This document shows, piece by piece, positions 26,864 through 37,397 of a stretch of DNA of 64,000 nucleotides; position 1 is the first letter of the stretch, and the number at the start of each line of letters is the position of its first letter. The notes beneath the pieces are model-generated. The model was not told where the DNA came from, made no database searches, and saw only the letters and a program-made list of their open reading frames with translations. The stretch comes from an uncultured Pelagibacteraceae bacterium (lineage in GTDB: Bacteria > Pseudomonadota > Alphaproteobacteria > Pelagibacterales > Pelagibacteraceae). The position numbers and the translations under genes were made by a program. The DNA is taken from the NCBI GenBank assembly GCA_902531885.1, contig CACAFZ010000002.1, positions 41,247-105,246 on the forward strand. Reading direction: 5' to 3'.

Positions 26864-27712
26864 TTAATTTAGTCGATTTAAAGCTTCTCTTCTAAAAATA
26901 TAAACACCGGATGAGATAATCACAAACAAACCAAGGAATGTCCAACTATCAGGAAAGTGATTAAAGAAATAATAGCCTATAATGATGTTAGTAATAATCT
27001 CAAAATAACCAAAGGGAGCTAATTTAGAAGCATCTGCATATCTTAACGATAGAATGAGTAGTAAATGACCTATAGAAGCAAAAAAACCTATAGCAAACAT
27101 CATGTACCAGTCAGTAATAGTAGGCTGAACCCATACAAATGGCACAATAGCAGATCCAATAATAGCCCCTACTACACCTGTTAATAAAAGAGTTAATAAT
27201 GGATGGTCAGCATTATGCAGCTTTCTAGTAACTATTAAATAAATTCCATATAAAAAACCTGTTCCTAATGCAGCAAAACTAGCAATATTTATCTCTACAA
27301 AACCTGGCCTTAAAACAATTAATGATCCAATAAAACCAATAATTACTGCAGCCCATCTTCTTAAACCCACTTTTTCACCTAATAAAATGGGTGATAAAAT
27401 GGTTACAATTAAAGGTGCTATAAAGGCGAGAGTAAGAGCTTTTGCTAAAGAAATTACTGATATCGAATAAAAAAATAAAATATTAGCACAAAATAATAAT
27501 AAACCTCTAATTAATTGAAGTTTTGGTTGTTCCGTCCATTTAAAATTTTTTCTAAAAAAAATAAGCATAATCGGAAGAACAAAAATGACAGTAAAGAAAT
27601 ATCTAGACCATGTTATTTGTAATATAGGTATTGTTGAACTTAGATATTTAGCAAACCCATCCATTATAGGTAACATTACCCATGCAGATAAATTTAATAT
27701 TATTGCCTTCAT
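26864..27712 (-). CDS. DMT/EamA family transporter
   Basis: About 10 TM helices; LLGEKVG.RRW and ADASKLAPF.Y motifs. Confidence 0.9.
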   Translation of the reverse strand: MKAIILNLSAWVMLPIMDGFAKYLSSTIPILQITWSRYFFTVIFVLPIMLIFFRKNFKWTEQPKLQLIRGLLLFCANILFFYSISVISLAKALTLAFIAPLIVTILSPILLGEKVGLRRWAAVIIGFIGSLIVLRPGFVEINIASFAALGTGFLYGIYLIVTRKLHNADHPLLTLLLTGVVGAIIGSAIVPFVWVQPTITDWYMMFAIGFFASIGHLLLILSLRYADASKLAPFGYFEIITNIIIGYYFFNHFPDSWTFLGLFVIISSGVYIFRREALNRLN

Positions 27713-28611
27713 TAAGAAAAGTATTTCAAGGCAATAAATACAATCATTGGTACAGTTATTAAAGACATTAAAGTAGACACAACTATCATGCTTGAAATGT
27801 TATCTACAATATTTTTAGGAGAATACATAGAAGCAATTAGATAAGTTAGTATAGCGCTAGGCATAGCAGATTGAATTAGCAAAACGCCTGCGGCATAACC
27901 AGATAAGTTAAATACTTTAATTAAAGCAAATCCTATAATTGGCCCAACTATTACTCTGCCTATTGATGATATTATAGAACTCTTAATAGAAAAAACTTTC
28001 ATTTGTGTTAACGAAACTCCTAATGACATTAGTATCAAAACAATCATCGTATAACCTAACAACATTACCGTGTTTGTGGCAAATTTTGGCATTTCAAGAT
28101 CAAAATATAGGAAAAGAACTGAGATAATTACTGCATATGATGAAGGACTTTTTAAAATAATTTTAACATCAAATTTTTTGCTAGCCAAAAAAATATTTAC
28201 TGTGAAATGCAAAAGAACAACTAGTGATGATATAGCGGCAGCAACACCCATTCCGAGAGAACCATAAGCAAATAAACATATGGGAATACCCATATTGCCT
28301 GTGTTCGGAAGAAAAAAAGGTGGTAATTCTCTTGATATGTCCTTTTTCATGAAGAATAAAAAAATTAATCCCGTAATGGCAAAACAAGTAAGAGCAATTA
28401 CAGAGTAAATGAAATATTCAGAAAATACACTATAAGTAACTCCAGATGATGTAATAGCAAAAACAAAAAGGGCTGGTGCACCAAAGTTAGCTGAATAATT
28501 TGTAATAAAAGCAGTATCTATATCTGACTTTTGCCTGCCTAAGAAATATCCTATTCCAACTATAAAAAATACTGGAAATAAAACTTCAAATAACTTTAAG
28601 TATATTTCCAT
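27712..28611 (-). CDS. AEC family transporter
   Basis: PNTGNMGIPI and QSAMPSA motifs; multi-TM. Confidence 0.88.
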   Translation of the reverse strand: MEIYLKLFEVLFPVFFIVGIGYFLGRQKSDIDTAFITNYSANFGAPALFVFAITSSGVTYSVFSEYFIYSVIALTCFAITGLIFLFFMKKDISRELPPFFLPNTGNMGIPICLFAYGSLGMGVAAAISSLVVLLHFTVNIFLASKKFDVKIILKSPSSYAVIISVLFLYFDLEMPKFATNTVMLLGYTMIVLILMSLGVSLTQMKVFSIKSSIISSIGRVIVGPIIGFALIKVFNLSGYAAGVLLIQSAMPSAILTYLIASMYSPKNIVDNISSMIVVSTLMSLITVPMIVFIALKYFS

Positions 28612-29904
28612 TTAACTAAATAAACGGATTAAAGTTGGTTTCTTCTTAATATTTCTATTTTTTTTAAAAATATTTAAACAATTCTTTGCATTTTTTTCTG
28701 AAGTTTTATGTGTAATAATTACAATAGTTGCTATTTTATTAATATTAGCAGGAGTTTGGATAATTCTTTTAACAGAAATTTTATTTTTTGCTAATTTACG
28801 AGTGAGTTCAGATAAAACTCCTGGTTTATCTTTAACTTCAAATCTTAGATAAAGTGAATTTGTATAATTATTTACATCATAACTATTTATTTTATTTCTA
28901 GCTTTACTTGGAATACCAAAAGGATATTTAATATTTCCTCTTAAAATTGATAATAAGTCTGACATTAATGCTGATGATGTTGGTCCAGGCCCTGCCCCTT
29001 CACCTTGCATAACTGTTTCTCCTACTGGTTTACTGTTAAGTATAACAGCATTCATTACACCATCAATGTTTCCAAGATATGTATCTTTTCCTACCAAACA
29101 TGGATGTACACGTTCAAATAATTTATTATTTATAATTTCCGTAATACCTAAAAGTTTAATTTTGAAGTTTAATTGTTTCGCTATTTGAATATCCTTTAAG
29201 TCAATATTTTCAATACCTTCCATTAAGCAATTTGAATTAGAAATTTTTTTATTAAATGCAAGGGATGATAGTATTCTAATTTTAGCTAAGGCATCATGGC
29301 CATTTAAATCTAATTTTGGATTAACAGGTTCGGCATATCCAAGTTTTTGCGCTTTTTTTAAAACAGCACTTAGAGTTTCTTTTGATCTTTCCATTTCTGT
29401 TAAGATGTAGTTTGATGTTCCATTCAATATACCTACAACTTTATTAAATTTATTAGTTGCTAATCCATCTTTTAAAGCTCTTAATATAGGTATGCCGCCA
29501 GCAACTGATGCTTCAAATTCTAAATTAACTTTATTTTTTTCAGCTAAATAAGATAAATAGTCACCGTGTTTTGCAATTAAAGCTTTATTTGGTGTAATAA
29601 CACTAATTTTTTTTTTAAGAGCGGCTATTACAATTTTTTTTGAAATGCCTCCAGATAAACCAACGGCTTCTATCAAGATATCAATTTTTAATTTTTTTAT
29701 TATTTCAAGGGGATTTTTGTAAAATATTTTTTTATTTATTTTATACTTTCTTTTTTTATTTATATTTTTTGCTGAAATTGCGTTTATTATTATTTTTTTT
29801 CCAGTTTTAATTTCAATGTTTTTTTTTTTTATATTAATTTCATTTAATAAATAGCCTCCTATTTGACCCAATCCTACAATAGCTATGTTAATTCGATTAT
29901 TCAT
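28612..29904 (-). CDS. hom: homoserine dehydrogenase
   Basis: GLGQIG, FEASVAGGIP, GILNGTSNYIL, GAGPGPT; C-terminal ACT domain. Confidence 0.96.
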   Translation of the reverse strand: MNNRINIAIVGLGQIGGYLLNEINIKKKNIEIKTGKKIIINAISAKNINKKRKYKINKKIFYKNPLEIIKKLKIDILIEAVGLSGGISKKIVIAALKKKISVITPNKALIAKHGDYLSYLAEKNKVNLEFEASVAGGIPILRALKDGLATNKFNKVVGILNGTSNYILTEMERSKETLSAVLKKAQKLGYAEPVNPKLDLNGHDALAKIRILSSLAFNKKISNSNCLMEGIENIDLKDIQIAKQLNFKIKLLGITEIINNKLFERVHPCLVGKDTYLGNIDGVMNAVILNSKPVGETVMQGEGAGPGPTSSALMSDLLSILRGNIKYPFGIPSKARNKINSYDVNNYTNSLYLRFEVKDKPGVLSELTRKLAKNKISVKRIIQTPANINKIATIVIITHKTSEKNAKNCLNIFKKNRNIKKKPTLIRLFS

Positions 29905-30064
29905 TTATATTTGGATAACTTGATGTTTTCCCATAAATCAGGATTTTTTTTTTAAAATCATTAAATGAAATATTTTTATCTATAACAATTTCATTTTTTT
30001 TTATTTTTTTACTATCATAGTATGAGCATGACGAAAGTATAATAAAAATTATCATTATTCGCAT
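29897..30064 (-). CDS. small putative lipoprotein, 55 aa, not in ORF track
   Basis: MRIMIIFIILSSCSYY... with an LSSC lipobox; overlaps the argC stop and hom start. Confidence 0.55.
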   Translation of the reverse strand: MRIMIIFIILSSCSYYDSKKIKKNEIVIDKNISFNDFKKKILIYGKTSSYPNINE

Positions 30065-31086
30065 TATTGTAAACCTATTTTTTCATCTAAACCAAACAAT
30101 AAATTAAAATTTTGAATAGCTTGGCCAGATCCACCTTTTATCAAATTATCAATTGCAGATAAAATTATTAATTTATCCTTACTTTTAGTTTCACATAAAG
30201 ATATATGACAGAAATTAGTGTTTATCACATCATTTGTACTGATAAGTTGATTGATTTTTAAAATTTTTACAAATTTACTTTTTTTATAAAATTTTAGTAA
30301 CTCGTTATGTATCTTTTTAATATTTTGATTATCTTTAATATCTACATATATAGTACTTAGTATTCCTCTAAACATAGGAGATAAATGAGGTGTAAATAAA
30401 AAATTTATTTTTTTTCCTGATATAGAATTCAGTTCTTGTTGAATTTCTGAGTTATGTCTATGAAAACCTACACCATAAGCACTAATAGATTCATATAAAT
30501 TTTGCTTTGAATATTTTTTATGCACTCCTCTTCCTGCACCTGAGTATCCTGATTTTGAGTCTATAATTATAGATTTAATATTTATTAGATTTTTTTTAAT
30601 CATAGGTGTTAAAGGCAAAAGTATTGATGTCGGGTAACATCCTGGGCAAGATATTATTTTATAATGATTTATTTTTTTTCCAACAAGTTCTGGTACTGAA
30701 TAAATGCTTTTTTTAATATTGTTTATTGCAGTATGTTTAATCTTATACCATTTGTAATAGTCATTTGCATTTTTAAGTCTAAAATCTGCTGACAAGTCTA
30801 TAAGATAGTTGTGAGATAATAATAATTTTGAAATTTTTTGTCCTTCTCCGTTAGGTAAGGCTGAAAATACAACATGAACTTTTTTTAGCAAATTCTTATT
30901 AAATTTTATGATTTTTGGAAGTTTTTTATTATTTAAAGTTTTATCATAATGATAAATTTTTTTGCCCACTGATTTACTTCCACATAAATATTTAATATTT
31001 ACATACTTATGTTTTATTAAAATTTTAATTAATTCAATTCCAATATATCCTGTAGAACCTGCGACAAGTACGTTAATCTTATGCAT
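30064..31086 (-). CDS. argC: N-acetyl-gamma-glutamyl-phosphate reductase
   Basis: GSTGYIG, DLSADFRL, PGCYPT, SGYSGAG and DNLIKGGSGQA motifs. Confidence 0.96.
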   Translation of the reverse strand: MHKINVLVAGSTGYIGIELIKILIKHKYVNIKYLCGSKSVGKKIYHYDKTLNNKKLPKIIKFNKNLLKKVHVVFSALPNGEGQKISKLLLSHNYLIDLSADFRLKNANDYYKWYKIKHTAINNIKKSIYSVPELVGKKINHYKIISCPGCYPTSILLPLTPMIKKNLINIKSIIIDSKSGYSGAGRGVHKKYSKQNLYESISAYGVGFHRHNSEIQQELNSISGKKINFLFTPHLSPMFRGILSTIYVDIKDNQNIKKIHNELLKFYKKSKFVKILKINQLISTNDVINTNFCHISLCETKSKDKLIILSAIDNLIKGGSGQAIQNFNLLFGLDEKIGLQ

Positions 31087-31119
31087 AATTTAATATAACA
31101 GTTGTGTGAAAAAAAGATA

Positions 31120-31551
31120 TTATCTTTTAGAAAACTGAAAGCTTCTTCTTGCTTTAGCACGACCAGGTTTTTTTCTTTCGACTGATCTAGAATCTCTAGT
31201 GGTTAATTTTTCTTTTCTTAATGTTGGTTTAAAATTTTCATCAAATTTAAGCAAGGCTCGTGCGATACCATGTACTAGTGCTCCAGCCTGACCTGTATGA
31301 CCCCCACCTATTACAGTAGATCTAACATCATAATCCGTTGCTTGATTAATAATTTCAAAAGGTCTTACAATTTGCATTTTATGTGTATCTCTGGTGAAAT
31401 ATTTATTAAAGTCTTTTCCATTTACATATATTTTACCAGTTCCTTTTTTTAACCAAACTTTAGCTATAGATCTTTTTCTACGTCCTGTAGCATATTTGCT
31501 ATCTTTAAAATCTAGTTTCATTTTTTTTTCTTGTTGTTGAGCTGATTCCAT
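31120..31551 (-). CDS. rpsI: 30S ribosomal protein S9
   Basis: ATGRRKRS, ERKKPG and QFSKR motifs. Confidence 0.98.
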   Translation of the reverse strand: MESAQQQEKKMKLDFKDSKYATGRRKRSIAKVWLKKGTGKIYVNGKDFNKYFTRDTHKMQIVRPFEIINQATDYDVRSTVIGGGHTGQAGALVHGIARALLKFDENFKPTLRKEKLTTRDSRSVERKKPGRAKARRSFQFSKR

Positions 31552-31552
31552 T

Positions 31553-32011
31553 TTAATTTCTTATTAAATTTTTGTTATTTAATTTCGTAAGATCTATAAT
31601 TTTAGGATTCTGTGATGTGTGTGGATGTTCCGAACCAGTGTATAATTTTAACTTTGTAAGCTGCTTTTTAGCCAATGGCCCACCTGGCAACATTCTTTTT
31701 ACTGCAAGTTTCAATATTTCTCCTGGTTTGTTTTTTGACATTTTTTCTGGTGTAGATTCTTTAATACCCCCAGGATGACCAGTGTGTCTAAAATATTTTT
31801 TATTCTGAAATTTGTTTCCAGTAAATTTAATTTTTTCGATATTTTTCACAATAACAAAATCTCCATTATCCATATGAGGTGTATAAGTAGATTTATTTTT
31901 TCCTCTAATAATTTTAGAAATAACTGTCGCTAATCTGCCAACAATTGCATTATTAGCATCAATTTCATACCAATTGTTTTCTAGATCATCTTTTTTAACA
32001 AATTTTGTCAT
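31553..32011 (-). CDS. rplM: 50S ribosomal protein L13
   Basis: GRLA, YTPHMDNGD and HTGHPGG motifs; likely start ATG 32011. Confidence 0.97.
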   Translation of the reverse strand: MTKFVKKDDLENNWYEIDANNAIVGRLATVISKIIRGKNKSTYTPHMDNGDFVIVKNIEKIKFTGNKFQNKKYFRHTGHPGGIKESTPEKMSKNKPGEILKLAVKRMLPGGPLAKKQLTKLKLYTGSEHPHTSQNPKIIDLTKLNNKNLIRN

Positions 32012-32152
32012 GACTGCGGGATTAATACTTATAAATATATATATTGTCAATTAATTGGTGTATTAAAATGTTATAAAAAACGCATAATATAAAGGTATTT
32101 TCCACTTGCTAATTAATCTAAATTCATAATAAAATTAGTTTGTTGAGATATA

Positions 32153-32210
32153 TTAAGGCATTGAACTATATTGAGTGCCATACATAAAGTTAAAACACTA
32201 AAAAAGGAGA
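32153..32210 (+). ncRNA. SAM-V riboswitch
   Basis: AGGCATTGAACTATATTGAGTGCCATACATAAAGTTAAAACACTAAAAAAGGAG fits the SAM-V pattern and ends in the RBS of a methionine-pathway gene. Confidence 0.85.
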
Positions 32211-32216
32211 AGATAA

Positions 32217-33536
32217 ATGAGTAAAAACCCAGAAACAATAGCGTTACACGGAGGTGAGTACAGAAGTGATCCGGCTACTACAGCGGTAGCAGTTCCAATT
32301 TATAGAACTACCTCATATCAGTTTAATAATACAGGACATGCAGCAAATTTATTTGCATTAAAAGAATTTGGAAACATCTATACAAGGATCATGAATCCAA
32401 CAAATGATGTTTTGGAAAAAAGAGTGGCCGCACTTGAGGGAGGATTGGCATGTGTTACCGTAGGATCGGGTCAAGCTGCCTCAACATTTGCAATTGTTAA
32501 TTGCTGCCAAGCTGGAGATAATTTTGTTAGTTCTACAGATTTGTATGGTGGAACAGTAAATTTATTTACACATACTCTAAAAAAACTTGGAATAGAAGTG
32601 AGATATGCTGATCCATCTGATCCAAAAAACTTCGAAAAAGCAATAGATGAAAAAACTAGATGTTTTTATGCTGAAACACTACCTAATCCCTATTTGAGAG
32701 TTTTTCCAATTAAAGAAGTTTCTGATATAGGAAGAAAACATAATATTCCTTTAATAATGGATAACACTGCATCTCCAATAATTTGTAAACCTATAGAACA
32801 TGGTGCTGCTGTAGTAGTACACTCTTTAACGAAATTTATTGGTGGTCATGGTACAGTCATTGGAGGTTGTTTAGTAGATGGTGGTAATTTTGATTGGACT
32901 GCAGATCCAAAAAGGCAACCTTTGTTTAATGAACCAGATATGAGTTATGGTGGAGCTAAGTGGGGAGAGGTTGTTCCTCAATTAACAGGTGCTAATGTAG
33001 CATTTGCTGTAAGAGCAAGAGTATGTTTATTAAGAGATCTTGGGGCACCTCTTGCACCAGATAATGCATGGGGTATTATCCAAGGTTTAGAGACAGCGCC
33101 TCTTAGAATGAAACAACACTGTTCAAATGCAGAAAAGGTAGTTGCTTATCTTCAAAAAAATAAAAATGTTGATAGAGTAATTTATCCTACTCTGCATCAA
33201 GGTGAAATTGCTGCTAGATCTAAAAAATATTTTAAAGGTGGTAATGGAGCATTAGTAGGTATTGAGGTTAAAGGAGGAGTTGAAGCTGGTAAAAAATTTA
33301 TTGAGGCATTAAAAATGTTTTACCATGTTGCAAATATAGGAGATGCTAGAAGTTTAGCAATTCATCCGGCTACTACTACTCATAGCCAACTTACAGAAGA
33401 GGAATTGCTAGCAGCAGGTGTTACACCTGGTTATGTGAGGCTATCTATTGGTATAGAGCATCCAGATGATATAATTGCTGATTTAGATCAAGCTTTGACG
33501 GCATCAGGAAAACCAAATCTTAAGGCTGTTGGTTAA
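32217..33536 (+). CDS. metY: O-acetylhomoserine aminocarboxypropyltransferase/sulfhydrylase
   Basis: IYTRIMNPT, HSLTKFIGGHG (PLP Lys), ANIGDARSLAIHPATTTHSQL. Confidence 0.95.
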   Translation: MSKNPETIALHGGEYRSDPATTAVAVPIYRTTSYQFNNTGHAANLFALKEFGNIYTRIMNPTNDVLEKRVAALEGGLACVTVGSGQAASTFAIVNCCQAGDNFVSSTDLYGGTVNLFTHTLKKLGIEVRYADPSDPKNFEKAIDEKTRCFYAETLPNPYLRVFPIKEVSDIGRKHNIPLIMDNTASPIICKPIEHGAAVVVHSLTKFIGGHGTVIGGCLVDGGNFDWTADPKRQPLFNEPDMSYGGAKWGEVVPQLTGANVAFAVRARVCLLRDLGAPLAPDNAWGIIQGLETAPLRMKQHCSNAEKVVAYLQKNKNVDRVIYPTLHQGEIAARSKKYFKGGNGALVGIEVKGGVEAGKKFIEALKMFYHVANIGDARSLAIHPATTTHSQLTEEELLAAGVTPGYVRLSIGIEHPDDIIADLDQALTASGKPNLKAVG

Positions 33537-34539
33537 AGTTTAAGTAAAAAAAATAAACACTTGAACTAACTAAAAAAATTGAACTTATTTGGTGCATAGA
33601 AGAAATCCATATCTCTGCACCAAGTAATAAAGTTAAAATCCCTAATAAAATTTGAGCAAATAATAAAACACCAATTAAAATAATTATTTTATAGAAGCTA
33701 TGTAATTTTTTTTTGAATATTTTGAATAGTATATAAATATAAAATAAAGAAATTATGTATGCCAAATTTCTATGCATAAATTGTACAAGTGATGGGTCAC
33801 TAAATGCAGATAAAGATAAAATATTTATAAATTTATTATCATCTGGAAAGTAACTTGATCCCATTAAGGGCCAAGTATTATATATTTTACCGGCATCCAT
33901 TCCTGCCACAAATGCTCCAATAATAATTTGAATAAAAACTAAAATTATAAAAGTTATTGGCAATAAGTTATTAATTTCATGTGTAGATTTATTAACTTCA
34001 CTGAATTTAAGATAATTCCATAATATTAATGATAATATTATAAAAGCTACTATCAGGTGAACAGAAAGTCTAAAATGGCTTACATCTACCCTATCAATTA
34101 AACCACTGGATACCATATACCAACCCATAAACCCTTGAAAACATATAAGAAAAAATATTAAAAAAAGATTCTTTGTTAAATTATATCCAATTTTAAAATA
34201 AAAAAAAATAAGAGGAAAGAAAAAAACTATTCCAATTATTCTGCCTAAAAATCTATGACCCCATTCCCACCAAAAGATTATTTTAAACTCATCAATTGTC
34301 ATAGAATAGTTTTGAAGCTTATATTCTGGAATTTCCTTATACAGATTAAAATAAATTTCCCAATCTATTTGGCTAAAAGGGGGAAAGATTCCAGAAAATA
34401 ATTCCCATTGTGTAATAGATAAACCTGAATCTGTTAATCTTGTCAAACCACCAATAACTATCATAATTGATAGTAGGAAATAATTAAATAACAACCATAC
34501 AGATATATTTTTTTGCATTTTAATATTTTCTATGTACAT
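33520..34539 (-). CDS. ctaA: heme A synthase COX15/CtaA
   Basis: GGLTRLTDSGLSITQW, WEWGHR and QGFMGWYMVSSGL motifs. Confidence 0.95.
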   Translation of the reverse strand: MYIENIKMQKNISVWLLFNYFLLSIMIVIGGLTRLTDSGLSITQWELFSGIFPPFSQIDWEIYFNLYKEIPEYKLQNYSMTIDEFKIIFWWEWGHRFLGRIIGIVFFFPLIFFYFKIGYNLTKNLFLIFFLICFQGFMGWYMVSSGLIDRVDVSHFRLSVHLIVAFIILSLILWNYLKFSEVNKSTHEINNLLPITFIILVFIQIIIGAFVAGMDAGKIYNTWPLMGSSYFPDDNKFINILSLSAFSDPSLVQFMHRNLAYIISLFYIYILFKIFKKKLHSFYKIIILIGVLLFAQILLGILTLLLGAEIWISSMHQISSIFLVSSSVYFFYLNFNQQP

Positions 34540-34582
34540 AAAGGAATAAATATAATAATTATAAATTTATCCAATTAAATAA

Positions 34583-34873
34583 ATGTCGCCTAAAGAAAAA
34601 AAAAAACTAAATATATTAAGAAAAAAATTAGATAAATTAGATAATTCACTAATTAAAATAGTTAAAAAAAGAAAACTTTTAGTAGATCAGGTATTAAAAT
34701 TGAAAAAATACAAAAATCAAATTGTAGACAATAAAAGAATAGAAATGATTCTTAAAAATATTAAAAAAAAATCTATAAAAAACAATATTGATCATAAACT
34801 AACAAAAATAATTTGGAAAAATATGATATCTGCTTTTATAGATTATGAAAAAAGAAATTTTAAAAGAAAATAG
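34583..34873 (+). CDS. chorismate mutase (AroQ type)
   Basis: LRKKLDKLD...KR...K...IVD.KR pattern. Confidence 0.85.
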   Translation: MSPKEKKKLNILRKKLDKLDNSLIKIVKKRKLLVDQVLKLKKYKNQIVDNKRIEMILKNIKKKSIKNNIDHKLTKIIWKNMISAFIDYEKRNFKRK

Positions 34874-35065
34874 CTACTTACTATGAGGTGGCAATTTTTT
34901 TTCAACAAAAATTTCATGTTTTCTAGTAATAGGATTATATTTTTTTGCTTTTAATTTAATTTTAGCTTTTTCACCACCAGCAGGTTTTTTTACATAATAA
35001 AAAAAAGCACTATTAGGTTTTGATTCAGGAACTAGTCTTACTTTTACGTGAGTTTTTTTTGCCAT
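34874..35065 (-). CDS. rpmG: 50S ribosomal protein L33
   Basis: KKYNPITRKHEIFVEKK motif. Confidence 0.92.
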   Translation of the reverse strand: MAKKTHVKVRLVPESKPNSAFFYYVKKPAGGEKAKIKLKAKKYNPITRKHEIFVEKKLPPHSK

Positions 35066-35066
35066 A

Positions 35067-35447
35067 TTAACTTAATTTTTTTATTTCTTTTATTAAATTT
35101 GAAATTTTACTTAGTTTTGATTTCAAATAATCGTTTTTCTTGTTTATAGAACTATTCTTTAATACGTCAAGATCAAAGTTATTTTTATTATACAAACATT
35201 TTTTAACACCACTTATCGTCATACCTTGCTCTTTTAGAAGAAATTTAATTTTTTTTAATATTTCAATAGTATTAGTATCGTAATATCTCCTTTTGCCAGC
35301 AAATATTTTTGGTTTTATTTGTTTAAAATGTTTTTCCCAAAAACGCAATGTGTGAGTATTTAATTTTCCTGTTTTCTGATTAACAAGATTTAAAATTTTT
35401 GCCACCTCTCCTATGGACTTATATGCAATTTCGCTCTTATCATTCAT
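35067..35447 (-). CDS. MerR family transcriptional regulator
   Basis: SIGEVA..HTLRFWEKHF..RRYY; follows ihfA as usual. Confidence 0.92.
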   Translation of the reverse strand: MNDKSEIAYKSIGEVAKILNLVNQKTGKLNTHTLRFWEKHFKQIKPKIFAGKRRYYDTNTIEILKKIKFLLKEQGMTISGVKKCLYNKNNFDLDVLKNSSINKKNDYLKSKLSKISNLIKEIKKLS

Positions 35448-35736
35448 CTTTTATATTAATGTAATTTTTTAATTCTTTAGAAGGTTTAAATGTAATTACA
35501 TTTCTTTCAGAAATTACTTTAGACTCTTTAGTTTTAGGATTCCTACCTAACCTTTTATTTTTTCTTTTTAAAAAAAAAGTACCAAAATTAGATATCTTAA
35601 CTTTTTCACTTTTAGAAATACCTGAAATTATTATATCTATAAAATCTTCCAAAATACTTTCAGAAATTTTTTTAGAAAAGCCTAATTGCATATATATAGA
35701 ATTTATTATATCTTTTTTTGTTAAATTATCTCTCAT
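35440..35736 (-). CDS. ihfA: integration host factor alpha / HU family
   Basis: VKISNFGTF and GRNPKT motifs; plsX-ihfA-merR synteny. Confidence 0.9.
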   Translation of the reverse strand: MRDNLTKKDIINSIYMQLGFSKKISESILEDFIDIIISGISKSEKVKISNFGTFFLKRKNKRLGRNPKTKESKVISERNVITFKPSKELKNYINIKDE

Positions 35737-36734
35737 CAATCAATATTTTCTTTAATCTTTTCAATTAATTTTCCTTTTAATATTTTTTCACAAACACTTA
35801 GCGAATTGCTGAATCCTATTGAGTCAGTTGATCCGTGACTTTTAACAACAGGAGATTTAAGTCCAATTAATATTGCGCCATTATATTTCCTTGGGTCAAG
35901 CTTATCTCTAAATAATTTAAAGTTTTGCATATTTATGAATGTAGATAGCTTTCCCATAAAATTACTAGTTAGAATTTTTTTTAACTCAGTGGTAATAAAA
36001 TTAGAAGTACCTTCTGCTGTCTTTAAAGCTATATTTCCTGTGAAACCATCTGTGACTATAACATTAACATCTCCTGACATTATGTTGTTACCTTCGACAT
36101 ATCCTTTAAAATTTATATTTTTACTTGATGAAGATAGTTTATTATATGTATTTTTAATAATTTCATTTCCCTTTGAGGCCTCAGATCCTATGTTTAGCAG
36201 AGCAACTTTTGGTTCTTCATTAGGGAATAAAGCTTTAAATAATGATGTACCCATTATGCTAAAATCAATTAGGTTTTTTTCACTACACTCTATGTTTGCA
36301 CCCAAATCAAGAACCACATTCATTCCATTTTTATTGGGCCATAAACCTGACAAAGCTGGTTTTTCAATTTTTTCAATCATTTCTAAATTTAATTTAGCAA
36401 TAACGAAAAGTGCACCGGTATTACCAGCAGAAATTATTATATCAGATTCTTTATTTTTCACACTTTCAACCGCTAACCACATACTAGTTTTTTTATTTTT
36501 GGCTCCCATGAGGGCACTATCTTCATCTTTGACAAAATCTTCTGTATGAATTATTTGAAAACTTTCCTTTTTTAAACTACTTGATAAGTTTTTTTCGATA
36601 ATTTTTTTATTTCCAAAAATTTTAAAAAAAATATCATTTTTATTTTTTGAAAAATTTATAATTCCATCTATTATTTTTTTTGGTGAATTTTCTCCACCCA
36701 TTGCATCAACTGCAATAATAAATTTGCTATTCAT
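35736..36734 (-). CDS. plsX: phosphate acyltransferase
   Basis: AVDAMGG, SAGNTGA, LDLGAN and DGFTGNIALKTAEG motifs. Confidence 0.96.
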   Translation of the reverse strand: MNSKFIIAVDAMGGENSPKKIIDGIINFSKNKNDIFFKIFGNKKIIEKNLSSSLKKESFQIIHTEDFVKDEDSALMGAKNKKTSMWLAVESVKNKESDIIISAGNTGALFVIAKLNLEMIEKIEKPALSGLWPNKNGMNVVLDLGANIECSEKNLIDFSIMGTSLFKALFPNEEPKVALLNIGSEASKGNEIIKNTYNKLSSSSKNINFKGYVEGNNIMSGDVNVIVTDGFTGNIALKTAEGTSNFITTELKKILTSNFMGKLSTFINMQNFKLFRDKLDPRKYNGAILIGLKSPVVKSHGSTDSIGFSNSLSVCEKILKGKLIEKIKENID

Positions 36735-36741
36735 TGAAAAA

Positions 36742-36921
36742 TTACTCTTTTGGGTCTAGTATTTGACGACCTTTATATGTACCTGATTTAAGATCCATGT
36801 GGTGAGATAATCTATATTCCCCTGTTTTTTTATCCTCAACAACATTTTTTACAGAAAATTTTATATGCGATCTTCTTTTTCCTGTTCTAGAACTACTTGT
36901 TTTTCTTTTAGGTACAGCCAT
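36742..36921 (-). CDS. rpmF: 50S ribosomal protein L32, 59 aa, not in ORF track
   Basis: [19 protein letters not shown]...GEYRLSHH...GTYKGRQI; upstream of plsX. Confidence 0.95.
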   Translation of the reverse strand: MAVPKRKTSSSRTGKRRSHIKFSVKNVVEDKKTGEYRLSHHMDLKSGTYKGRQILDPKE

Positions 36922-36923
36922 AG

Positions 36924-37397
36924 TTAAAATTTATGTTTTAATACACCTTTTAAAAATGAAATTAAAGAAGTTTTTTTAATATAATTACTATATCTATCAA
37001 AATATTCGATCAATTTAACACTACCTGATTTAGTTTCCAAAAGTTTAACGATGATTGATTCCTTTTTATCAAAATTTAGATCTTCCCAAGGTATAATATC
37101 ATTTAAAATATTAAAAAAATTATTTACATAAATTTTCATAAATTTATTAATCTTGGCATCCCCATGACCTATTTCACGTAAATTTAGCTCTAGTTGAACA
37201 AAAAAACTATCATGAATGGCTTGGGCTGTTTTTTTATCTTCGGTTTCTTTGATTTTTTTTAGTAGAAAAGCAAAGTGTAACAGTAATATAATAAGTCTAT
37301 CTGAAAATGTGTCCTTTATGGTAAATTCGCTATAAATATTTTTATTTCTAGAAAGGTGGACTAAATTATTATAAATATTTATGTAATTTTTATTCAT
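36924..37397 (-). CDS. ubiquinol-cytochrome c chaperone (Cbp3-like)
   Basis: DTFSDR..LH and LREIGHGD motifs; divergent from bamE. Confidence 0.85.
   Translation of the reverse strand: MNKNYINIYNNLVHLSRNKNIYSEFTIKDTFSDRLIILLLHFAFLLKKIKETEDKKTAQAIHDSFFVQLELNLREIGHGDAKINKFMKIYVNNFFNILNDIIPWEDLNFDKKESIIVKLLETKSGSVKLIEYFDRYSNYIKKTSLISFLKGVLKHKF

Noticed and set aside
35935-36549. 204 aa + strand ORF and the other short antisense ORFs in the track (e.g. 331-597, 11584-11988, 38008-38268, 42994-43293)
   Set aside because: Shadow frames opposite well-supported genes, with no motifs of their own.
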